Shown piece after piece: positions 12,481 to 23,228 of a DNA stretch of 64,000 nt. Position 1 is the stretch's first letter; each line of letters begins with the position of its first letter. The notes below the pieces were generated by a model. That model saw nothing but the letters and a program-made list of their open reading frames with translations, ran no database searches and was not told the DNA's origin. The translations under genes were made by a program, and so were the position numbers. This DNA is from Lama guanicoe (taxonomy: Eukaryota): positions 10,251,352-10,315,351 of the forward strand of contig MU053934.1 in NCBI GenBank assembly GCA_013239625.1, in the 5' to 3' direction.

Positions 12481-12729
12481 AAACAATGAAGATTAAAAAC
12501 TTCCAGCGCACCAGGGCCAGGATGTTGACCGTTACTCTGTTTCCTGCAAGTTTGAAGTATGGCCTCTAACCAGGTAAAGGGGCCGTGGGGTCTCTTCTCA
12601 CAAGTGGGTGTGAGTCTGCAGTTACACAAAATGAGAAGTTTAAGGAAAAAACAACAGCGTGGCCCCTGTTCCCCTGTACCGTTAGTGTATGTGCAGTGAC
12701 GTTTGTGCAGGGGGCCACGTTGTGTGACG

Positions 12730-14700
12730 CCCACCGAGCCTGAGCCTTCAGCTGGTGGTGACTCGCCAGTAGGCTGATGGGAGAGGCAGCAGGTGGCAGA
12801 GCAGTGAGGTCAGCGCTGTAGCAGGTGGAAAGCAGGGCCACTCAGTGAGAACACACACAGGGGTGTTCGGTGCTCTAGCAAACAACACAGGCTCTTACCT
12901 GCTGGCCGGGAGTCATCCAAAAGGCAAGTTGGAGAAGACACAAGATGCCGTAGCCACGGGCCTGTTCACTGCCGCGTTGTTTGTGACGGCGTCAGAAGCC
13001 CCCTGGATGTCCAGCAGCTCAGGGCTGGTTGAACAATCAGACGCACCCACGGGATGGTGCGTCACGCGGGGTGCGGAGGGGGCAGGTGCTCTCTAGGAGT
13101 GGCTGGTGGGCTCTGGGTGGCGCTGCGTCCTGGGAGGAGAAGGCGCAGACCGCGTGCGTGGTGTCCCGTCACTACTCGGTCGGTCGGTCGGTTGGTGGGA
13201 GAGCACAAGCAGACGCATGGACACACAGACAGACACGCCTTTCCTGAGCACACGTGAATTTCTTTATATTCCAAACAAAGCAAAATGTCAGTGAAAGCGT
13301 GAGCCAGAGCCCGGTGCAAAAGCTGTGGCCTTTGTGGAGGGCCGGGCAGGGCGCGGGGCATGGGTGCAGCCTGACTTCCCCAAGTGCACCTTGTTTGGAT
13401 TGCTTATTTTTTAAACTGTGGAATCATGCATTTCCTAACTGTAAAACCAAACTAAACCTGAATAGGAAAGCAGGCCTTGAAAAGCTAGAATGAAATTGAA
13501 ACTTAAAAAATGAACCTAACAGTGTACAAGTTGGTGGCTTAATCACAGAGAAGAATGACTTCAAATAGACTCTCCAGCAGTTTGAATGTACAGCCCCGGA
13601 AGGGCACATCTCAAGCACAGAATGAATTGCCAGAGTGTTTAAGCCCCTCTCAGTAATCAGATTGTTGGTGATCATATTAGTGCTGTCTTGAAACTGCTAT
13701 TTATATACACACATTACACGTGAAGGCATACATTAGGATAAAGCAAATAAGTCATTATGATAATGTTATAGGAGCTAAGATTTGTAACATAAAAGAGAAT
13801 CAAGCATAAAGTCAAAGAAGTAAAAACGCTGTAATCTTAGATATGAATTAAGACTCCGTAGAACTGGTGATGTATTCTTTTTAAGAAAAATAAAATATCT
13901 TCTACTTCCCACCACTGAGAACTATCGGGACCAGGGATGAACCCGGTGGAGACAGGCGGCTCTGTGGGGCCTCTGTCCCCCCCCCACCCCCCTTGAGAAG
14001 GAGCCCGGCCCCTCAGAGAAGCGCCCTCTCCTGTCGGGGCAGGAGGGCTGGTTCCCGGGCCTCCGGTCAGAGCCTCTCAGAGATGACCGGCCCCGGCTGG
14101 CCAGAGACGGGAACCTGAGCACCAGGGGGAGTTACGACGCCGGCGGATTAAAACGTGCCGAGTATATCAAAGTCAGAATTCATGACGGTTTTTACATTAA
14201 ACTCTCACAGGCTTGCAAGTGTCGTGCTTTTCGGGGAACCAGGTCGTTTTTGAGGAAAAGTTATTCCTTACAGGAAAAATGCAGATAGCAATGCAGAGAA
14301 TGAAAGAACGTGTTGTCACCCCAGTGAAATAGCGGGTTAGGGGTGCTCACCCATGGTTCTGAAGACCTTGCGAGGTGGCTCGCAGGGAACGCCACGCAGA
14401 GGGACTCCACCGGCAGCACCTGGACCCGCTCATCAGCGCAGCGTCACAGAGGGAGAGACCCGAGACCCGCGAAGCACACAGGGCGCACGTCCCCGTCAGT
14501 TCCGGCGAAACGAAACTGCACCTGTCACCGGTCCAGCTTACAGGAAACCCCGGCAGAGGGGACACGAGCCCTGCTCAGCAGCAGAACCAGAGCTGAAACG
14601 CCCCTGGGACAGGACAGAAACGGGAGGGAGGGGACCAGAGATTTAGAGGCGGGAGAGGCTGGGGAGTGCGCTTCTCCGGAGTCTCCGTCAGGGGACACTT
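12730..14700 (+). mobile_element. L1MC4/5-like 3' region, highly diverged and GC-shifted
   Basis: ctgttcactgccgcgttgtttgtgac...gatgtccagc...ggctggttgaacaatc; aaaatgaacctaacagtgtacaagttggtggc; ggccagagacgggaacctgagcac resemble recalled L1MC 3' UTR segments. Confidence 0.6.
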
Positions 14701-16281
14701 GATTCGGACACTAGAGAGGGAGGAGCGCTCCCTGCCTGGGGTTCTTGTTACAAAAGACGGAGTCACAGAAGACGGGCGCACAGATGGATGTGATACAAGC
14801 CGCGGAGCGACACGGGGCCTTAGGGGAAGTGAGGGCCCAGAGGGACGGTCAGACCAGAGGGTCACGTGCTGGGTTGGAGGTGGGGGCAGGAGGTGCGTCT
14901 GTGAGCTGGGTCCCAGGAAGGCCTGGGGTCCACCTTCCTCTCCTTGTCCGTCGTCATCGGAGATATAGACGCTCCTTTGTTCCAGGGAGGGAGCGACCAC
15001 TCTCCCGGAGGATTGGTGACCTGCTTCAGGGGACAGGCACACCGTCCTCCCAGCACCTGTCATTTCCCAAACTCCTTCAGCATGACACGTTCAGGTGACG
15101 TGTCCTGAGCCCCGTCGGAGACCTGCTTCGCCACCGTCAGGAGTTACTGTCACGTTTTTAGACGTGGCATGGTCTTGTCAGGTCCTCAGCTCTGAGGGAG
15201 ACTGTCATGGATGACCTGTGATGCCAGGGAGGCCCTTGGAATATTCTGGCAGCATGTGGGCGGCGTGGGGATTGGTTAATGGCTGAAACAGGGTGGCCAC
15301 GTGATCCTTGTGGGGCCGGAGGGACAGGTACCTGGGCTGCTTTACTCTGTGCTTTCTAGTTTGCGGAAATTTTGAAAAGGGCTGTGGACGGAAAATTGGC
15401 TTGTTCACCGAGAGCTGCCGCTCCCTCCCTCCCTGACCTTTCTGCCCTTTCGGCTAAGTTCAGTCTGCGGAGAGGACTGAAGCTTTGAGTAGTTCACTGG
15501 TGTGATGTCATTTCTTGCTTCAAAGGAAAAATAGTCAGGACCCACAGCAGGGTCTTTTTCCTTTTAATTTGCCAGGAGCGTCCTTGACAAACTAAACAAC
15601 GGTGGAGACGGTCAGGTTGGACAGGGTAGAAACACGCCTGTCAGGTGGTGCCCAGAGACCAGACGCTGACACGTGGTCTCGAAGATGCCGGCCATCAGGG
15701 ACATGGTGTGTAGACGTGGGAAATGGGAGGGCCTGTCACAAGGGCAGCTGGGGCCAGTGCCAGTTAGTGCTGACCCTGGCCCCCACGGTCCCTGGGAGCC
15801 TATATAGTTCATGGAGTTTTGACAGAGCAGCATTAAAAGGATGTCTTTGATTTCATCCATGAAGGAGACAGGCATTTGCAGGCAGCACACTTGCGATGGG
15901 AACTGGTGGTGCGGACCCCACTCCCCCGGGGTCTCCCGGAGGTGGCGGCGGCCCGTGCGCCGGCGGGCTGAGGGGCACAGGGTCTGCTCTGCCTGCCTGT
16001 GCTGGGGGACTCTGCGTCTGTCCTGAGGCCCCGGGCGGATGTATTTAAATCAAAGCCATTGTTTGACTCTTAACTGGGCTTTGCTGATGGATCTTGTCCT
16101 CCTTTATGACTCTGTGAGCCTTAGGCGTTTGCGACTCCTCAGGGACTGTTGATTTTTTTGTTGTTGTTGATTAATTGAATATGTAAGCCAATTTTTTGGC
16201 ATTTAAAAGGACCGAGGAACGCAGCCCTGAAAGAACGCCTTTCGGAATTAAAGCTGGATCGTCGTCTGGGTGGTCATCAAC

Positions 16282-16726
16282 TGTGATGGTCAGTTTTGTT
16301 TCAGCCCGGCTGGGCCATGATACCCAGATATTTGTTCAAATGTTATTCTGGATGTTTCTGTGAAGGTATTCTTGGATGAGATTAACATTTAAGTTGGTGG
16401 CCTTTGCATAAAGCAAACTGCCCTCCGTAACATGGGTGGGCCTGTCTAATCAGTTGAAGGCCCGAATAAAACAAAGGCCAACCTCCCCTGAGCAAGAAGC
16501 AATTCTGCTTCCAGAAGGCCTTTGCCCTTCAACTGCAACATCAGCTCTTCCCTGGGTCTCCAGCCTGCTGGGCTTCCCCAGCAGATGTTGGACTCTCCAA
16601 GCCTCTACAGTCTGCCTTTATAGACGTGTCTGTCTGTCTATCTCTCTCTCTGGATGTGTGTGCTGTGCTGTCCCGACACACACATATCCTCTTGGTCCTG
16701 TTTCTCCAGAGATCTCTGATACGTCA
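16282..16726 (+). mobile_element. MLT2-type (ERVL) solo LTR
   Basis: TG...CA termini. tgtgatggtcagtttt, ttattctggatgtttctgtgaaggtatt, gatgagattaacattta, gggtgggcct...aatcagttgaaggcc, ctcttccctgggtctccagcctgctgg. 5-bp TSD tcaac (16277-16281 / 16727-16731). Confidence 0.88.
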
Positions 16727-18149
16727 TCAACCAAGGAATCAACATTTATTAGGAATTTTAAAATATTTCAGTGTTCTGTGTTGTTTTGTGTCTTTTCCAG
16801 CTTTAAAATGTTCATTTCAGTTGGGAATGATTCGTCCTTTAGAGGAACAGCCACAGCCCCAGGCCTGGGGGCAGACTGTGGGTCCCCATCCTCCCCAGCC
16901 TGCAGAGAGGAGTGTCCCACCAGGGACTCCCGGACTGAACTCAGATGGCCATGACCTCTGTCTTTCAGCCACGTGGAGTGTTCTCAGACACGGACAGACA
17001 CGTGCCAGCAAGTGTCCGTCCAGCATGAGCTGGTAGCGATTGGCGTGGAGATAATGGATCAGTTGCTCCGGGGCCGGCTGGATGAGCACCAGCCTCATTT
17101 ATGCGTCAGGCTTCGGCTGCATAATGAAATGTGATTTACAGTTCCATTCCGAGCCCCTGCCCCAACCACGGGCGTGTTGGTGTGAATTTTAAAATGGCCG
17201 TGCTCTGCATTCCTGGGAGGTAATTGTGTAATGCACCGGCCTGGTGATGAATATTTCAAAGGAAATCATAGCAAAGGTTTTGCTTGCACAGCTGAAGTTG
17301 GGGCACTCAAGTCTGCACAGAGAATGGGAAGCCATTCCTGTCATTTGAATGGCCTCAGAAATACATCTACATAAATACGTGTACATAGGAAAATCTCCTG
17401 GGCCAGAAGGCCGTTGGGTTTTATTTCAGTGCCCAAAATTATAAGGAAGGTTTAATGAGGCAATTAAAGGTGAAAAATGGTTCCTTCTATCACAATTTCT
17501 CTGTTATAAAAAATAGAAGGAAAACTGTTTCTTTGCCTGATTTCCTACATTTTAAAAAGTGTATGTCGTGCGTAAGTCATTTGCATTTAGTTAATCGTGT
17601 AGAGTCGTTTTGAACTTCCACTTTGTCATTTTATAAGCGAAAACTAGGCCCGCTGCGGAACCTGACACGCAGTTTGAAGAAAACGCGTGATGTTAGGAGG
17701 CGTCTGGATTTATCTTCTGCTTCCAGCGGTAACGGGAGGGGACGGGCAGGGTGGCCCCGGGGACAGCTCTTCTGCGTTGTGTTCTCGTCCTTTGAGCTTC
17801 TCTCAAAAATCAAGGCTTCTTCGTAAAACTGCAGACATGCCAACAGCCCCCCTTGCTAAAGGACTGGGGAAAGGGCCTTGGAAGGAAGGTCAAGGGGAAG
17901 ACGAGTGGTTGGGGGCCGCCCCACACCTGTGCCTGTGGCCCTGGGGAGCGACCTGAGCAGGGGTCGCCCAGGGTGGTGGGAGTCAGAGTCCAAGGACCGG
18001 GGTGCCGGAGGCCTTAGAGCCAGTGGCAGCAAGGGGACAGGGGCCCGACAGGTTCCCTGGGCTGGGCGGAGGCCACAGGGCTGAGTGGTCCCTCTGCAGT
18101 CAGGTCTCTTGGTGACCCTTGAAAAGGCCATTTCAAATGAGTCCTCTTT

Positions 18150-18680
18150 TTCTTTTATTTTAATTATGCAAAGTCTTAAGTACACAGCAAAGTGTGGACA
18201 GTCAGAACGCTTGCGTGCTCACCATACCCAGGCTTGTCGCATCTGAAGGTTCTTTTTTCCTTTTTGTTTCAGATTCTTTATTATTTAAAAATTGAATTTG
18301 ACATTATCATGGAAGCTTCCTTCCTTCTTTTCAGAAGTAACCGCGACCTTGAACTTGGTTTTTACAGTGTCTAAACGTGCTTTCGTATTTTCACCCCGTA
18401 CATACATCAGTAAACAGTATGTGTGACCGTAATGACTGTTCTGAAACTTCTCATAAACGCACCGCACTTGCATATTCTTCTGCAGCCTGCCTCTTTGTTC
18501 AGCGTTACAGTTGTAGCTGTATTTCATCTGTTTTCACCCTTTATAGTTCTAGACTGTGTGAGCAGGCGGACCCGTGTCCGGTCTCCTGGTGAAGGGCACT
18601 GAGCTGTCCCAGGATTCTGACGAGCAGCGCTCCCCCCGACACTGGGGCACGTCTCCTTATACTCTGCTGTGGGAGATGCT
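18150..18680 (-). mobile_element. Old L1ME-like 3' fragment
   Basis: T-rich strand with catattcttctgcagcctgcc...ttgttcagcgtt, tctcctggtgaagggcactgagctgt, typical of antisense L1 3' ends. Confidence 0.55.
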
Positions 18681-20961
18681 CTGTTCGGGGGAGAACTGTC
18701 CTGGTCCCAGGATGCCAGCATCTAGATACTACCATGTCTCCAAAGCTCCATGTCTCGAGGGGGTGGGGAGCAGGTGCGGCTCATCGGCGCGACCTGGCCG
18801 TCCTGGGAGCCCCCCGTTACCCATCACCTTTACTGACGGGGGTGATGCGGCCGTGGTGACAGGATGTCTGTGCAGACAGCTGTGCCCTGAGTTCAGGCTG
18901 GGACTTCCTGTGAGAACAAGGCAGGTGGTTCTAAGAAAGCACATCCCCAGGGCGAGCACCCCTCTGACCACAGTGGGAGAAGCCCTGGGCACCTGGAGGC
19001 GCAGGTGCTGGCCCTGGACTTGTCGGGCCGGGGCCCCGGTACCAAAACCCTGTGCCGGAGGCTTCCTGAAGCTTCCTTCCTCGGTCCCATCCCAGACGGT
19101 GGGCTGCTCCAGGGCAGACCGCTGCTCCTTCCGGTCCCTCACACAGGATGACGACGCCAAGGTCGCTGCAGAGAGGGGAGCTCCACCCCGGGAAGCCAGG
19201 AGTCCTCGCCTTGCTCTGCACTGGGCAGGGTGTTAAGATGCGGACAGACCCCAGCCCCTGGGGGCTTAGACAGCAGCTGGGAGCAAAGCCATTGAGAGGG
19301 CGGCCCAGCTAAGGCCCCCATGCGCTTGTTTCCAGACGGCAGGTGTTGTGGGGAGGGGCTGGGGGGCTTGCGGGGAGGCTGGGCCCCGGGCTGCAGGAGC
19401 GGGGCTCAGGTTGGGGGGACATCGGAGCTGACAGCTGTGTGATCAGGGCCAGGGCAGCCGGAATGTCCCTGCCCTAGGCGGTTGGGGGTGGGGTCAGAAC
19501 GACCTGGAAGCCAGGCCCGAGGCAGGGCTGCCCCCCCCCCCCCCTCCCCCCCCCCGATGGGGCTCCTGTGTCCCGCCCAACCCCGTGCCTGCTCTGCCGG
19601 GCGCCCCCAGGCAGAGGGCCTGCTTTCAGGCTACTGCTGAGGGCTCTTTCCGGCCCTCTGGGCGCCTTTCCCTCCCAAGGAGTTTGGAGCCTGGGAAGAC
19701 TGGAGATAAGGATGTGAAGCTGGGCTCCGTGCAGCGGCCAGAGGCCTGGCCTGGGAGTCACCCCTCCCCAGAGCCGCTCTGAAGGGGCCCCGGCTCGGTG
19801 CTGCCAGTGGGTCGGCCCTGTGGTCATCCGGCAGCACTCCCGCCCGGGCGCTCCCCGAAGTCTCATCCTCGTCCCTTGGGGAGCTGTGCGTGCTGGGCCG
19901 GCTCCCTCTGGGCTTCTTTGGGAATGGCTGGTGGACTGGGCTGACTCGGCACCTGTCAGGGAGGCTCTGATTGAACGTCCCCAGTCCCGAAGGTGACAGA
20001 GACCCCTCTATGCTGAGTGGTACCTGGGACGTGTGGGCATCACTCCTGAGACCCAGCCCCCCGATCAGCCCCGGGCAGCCAGGGATGGTATTTATTGTCC
20101 AGGTGAAGCCTCATTGGCACAGAAGCCCATTTTCCATTATGATAGGGAATTTTTATTTATTAAATTGCTATTTTAATATAATTTACCAAGTCATTGAAGA
20201 CAAATAATCCACTAAGCGAAGCCGTAAAACTCCATTTTCCCCAAATGCTGCGTCCGTATGACCGTGTGGCTTCTAGTACATTCTGCTCCCCAGCCGGGGA
20301 CACCTGCGGGAGGCAGAGCTCACAGCCCAGTCTCCTGGATTCTGAGTGAGGGTGACCTCTGCACTCTGGTTAGATTAAAAGCTGTCGAGCAGACTAAGAG
20401 GCCCCTCTGTCACAAAAGCCACAGAACACCCCGGAGGGTGCTGGCGTATTTTTTAAAAACGTAACCGTGAAGGAAGAGAGACAACTGTAGACCAGAAATG
20501 TCCAGAAAATGTAAATCGAGAGAAATAAGGGGGGACATGAGGGCGAGCACCCCCCACCCGGGGCGCCTGCCAGTTAACGTCCGGGGCCTTCTGCCTGGTT
20601 TTAATGCGCCTCAGGCGGGAGAGGAGCCTGGAGCCCGGCCAGGGGCTGAGCAGGTGTCAGTGTCACCTGTCTCGGCCTTGGCCGTGGGGGTTAAGGAGGA
20701 AGGGAGGAAAACACCTCCTCCAGGATGTCCAGCCACAGGCCTGCAGGCATGTGGGTTTGAGTCCCAGTTCACGTTACTCACTTGTCCTAAAAAATTCCAA
20801 GCTGGAAACTTAGTTGAAAATCATCTTGGCATAAAGTGCTCTAGGTACTGGCAGCAACCAGTACAAAAAAATTTTTTCCCCAAAGAAAACCGTTTTTGAT
20901 ACATGCCTCAAAGAATTCCAACAGATTAAAGTTCCAAGGAACACACCAATGAAAAATTAAT

Positions 20962-21367
20962 TGATAGTCGATCTAAGAAAGAAATGGGGAGTTTTATTTG
21001 AGCCAACCTGCGGATGACAACCCGGGAGACAGGCTTTCAGAAAGCTCTGAGGACCGTTCCTCCCGCGAGAAATTAAACAGAGAAGGACTTGCACAGCAGA
21101 CGACATGCTGACAGTTTACGCAGCCTGTGTCGCACGTACAAGCTGAGCAGCAGGTCATCGTGGCTCCTGCAGGACTGAGAAAGGAGTGTCTCCTAAGGAG
21201 GTGCCTCGTTGGCGCCGGGGGAGACTGCTCTGTGAGCCTGAGTGGGCTCCCCTGTGTCTTCTAAGGCCTGGCTGGTGTGCGCTGTAGACGCACAGCGCAG
21301 GTGGGCAGAGGGAATTTTATGTTTGAATTTTTTTTTGTCCTGCCTTAAAAATAATTTCATCCCATCA
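20962..21367. mobile_element. Probable ERV solo LTR (about 400 bp)
   Basis: TG...CA ends. ttttatttgagccaacctg...acccgggagacag...tttcagaaagctctgag resembles ERV1-class LTRs in reverse orientation. No clear TSD found. Confidence 0.55.
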
Positions 21368-21472
21368 AACATAAGTTCCAAGAGGGGGAAGATCACTAAT
21401 GTACAAGGAAGGAAGCAGATCACTGAGAGTGAGACTCCGCAGAGAAGTCCAGCTGCAGGAACAGATCTCCAG

Positions 21473-21971
21473 ATTTTATTTTATTTTTTTAAATTTTTAT
21501 TTTTTTGTTGTAGTATGGTCAGCGTACAATGTTGTGCCAGCGTCTGGTGCACAGCACAGTGCTTCGGTCATACGTGAGCACACATACGTTCCTTTTTCAT
21601 TATAGTTTATTACAAGGTATTGAATGCAATTCCCTGTGCTACACAGAAAAAACTTGTTTATTTATTTTATATGTATCAGTTAGTATCTGCAAATCTTGAA
21701 CTCCCAATTTACCCCTTCCCACCCCCTTCACTGCCCCGTAACTGTAAGTTTGTTTTCTCTGTGAGTCTAACTGTTTTGTAAATAAGTTCATTTGTGTCAT
21801 TTTTTTAAGAGTCCACATATGAGTGATCTCATATGGTATTTTTCTCTTTCTGGCTTCACTTAAAATGATGATCTCTAGGTCCATCCGTGTTGCTGCAAAT
21901 GGCATTATTTATTCTTTTTTACGGCTGAGTGGTGTTCCACGGCATAAATATACCGCAGCTTCTTTACCCAG
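21473..21971 (-). mobile_element. Younger L1 3' end (cetartiodactyl/camelid type), 5'-truncated
   Basis: poly-T, tacaatgttgtg, ttccctgtgcta, tccacatatgagtgat, atgatctctaggtccatccgtgttgctgcaaatggcattatt. The minus-strand ORF MPFAATRMDLEIIILSE is the L1 ORF2 C-terminus. Confidence 0.92.
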
Positions 21972-22299
21972 AAAGACTAGAGATTTTAGAGTCGTGAGAT
22001 GTGCTGGAAGACGTGTTACATGTTTAAAATGATAAAGAAGAACATGCTGAATAAAAAAGAAGGAGGGAAGGGAAACTCAGGAAGTGGGACACAGTGCAAG
22101 AGGTGACTCGTGAGCCGGTAGAGCGCTTGGCCCAGTCCAGGCCTGTCCGTGACCTTTGGAAGCCCGGGTCTTTCCTCTGCTCAGAGCTTCTAGTGTCACG
22201 GGAACAAGCCAGCGACCAGCAAGGCCCTGAGAGTCTCCCCCTCCCCCTCCACCCGCGGCCCCTGCTGGGCCCACCGCACTTCTGGACGCACCCACCAGG

Positions 22300-22520
22300 C
22301 ACTGTCCAACTTCAGGGTCTTTGCGTTTGTCCCCCAGATACCTAGCAGTGTCCCCTCTCTGGGTCTTCGTTTAAGTGTCCCCTTAGGTGGCTGACCGCCG
22401 TATTTAAATTGCAAACCACCCCCTCCCGAGTGCCCCCAGCATTTCCCATCCACCTTCCTCACCTTATTTTTCCCTGGGGCATGACACCCTCTTACACGGC
22501 ATCTGTTTTATATTTTTACC
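22300..22520 (+). mobile_element. L2 fragment
   Basis: cagggtctttgc...ccccagatac...tatttaaattgcaaaccaccc...ccttatttttccc resembles the L2a 3' region. Confidence 0.6.
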
Positions 22521-23132
22521 TACTAAACTGTTGCCACTGGTTGTACAGGTGTGGCACAGACGAGAGCGGTCTCAGTGTGGGTGTTGTGCGCTTGAACTTG
22601 GGCAGCTGCCATGGAGGTGCAGGGGCTCCTGAAGACAGGGGACGTGAGCCCCGGGAGGGCGAGCGGAACCCACTGGTGATCTGTGCCCGAGGAGGCGGGC
22701 AGGGACACGCAGCATCTTGTTCCCCCGGCCGCTTCAGGGTCGGCAGCGTCTCCTGGTGCCCAGGACCACATGGGCTGGACCCAGACTGGGCGTCTGCCCT
22801 GCTTGGCCCCTTTCCTCCCGCTCGGGGGCGGGTGACTCAGCCTCCGTGGCCTCTCTGGGAAAGTGCCCCCACCACGGGGCAGCGTAGGATGGCGCCCCTT
22901 GGGTTCGGCTTCTATCGCCGCTGCTCGCACCCGGGCAGGAGAAGCAGGTGGACAGCAGGTGTGCCGTGCACGCTCCACGTGTCATGCTGCCGGACTTAGA
23001 GAGAAGCTCGTGCTTACTGCCATGATCCGAGGACTTGAAAGGAAGGCCCTGGGTGGGAGCCGGCCGCTCGGTGCTCCCGGAGCCCTGCCTGGCCGGCCGC
23101 GCTCTCACTCTCCGTCGTGTTCTCTCTTGCAG

Positions 23133-23228
23133 TCGGAACCCGAGGGCTTCGCGCATTTCCACTTGTACGTCTGCGCTGCTTTCCTCGTGAGATGGAGGAA
23201 GGAAATTCTGGAAGAAAGAGATTTTCAA
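23133..23228 (+). CDS. TBC1D22A: TBC1D22A penultimate coding exon (96 bp, phase 0/0), C-terminal part of the Rab-GAP TBC domain
   Basis: Translates to SEPEGFAHFHLYVCAAFLVRWRKEILEERDFQ, matching the recalled TBC1D22A sequence. Acceptor: tctctcttgcAG (AG 23131-23132) with branch-like ctcac about 25 nt upstream. Donor: CAA|gtaagt at 23229. Splices in frame to the exon at 44900. Confidence 0.96.

Noticed and set aside
16273..16731. 9-bp direct repeat gtcatcaac flanking the MLT2 LTR, as an atypically long TSD
   Set aside because: Explained by the usual 5-bp TSD (tcaac) plus a chance match to the LTR's terminal gtca.
1..23132. Additional upstream TBC1D22A exons (e.g. the YLQFAFRWMNNLL exon)
   Set aside because: No matching peptide seen in the ORF track or by eye. 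It probably lies upstream of the window.
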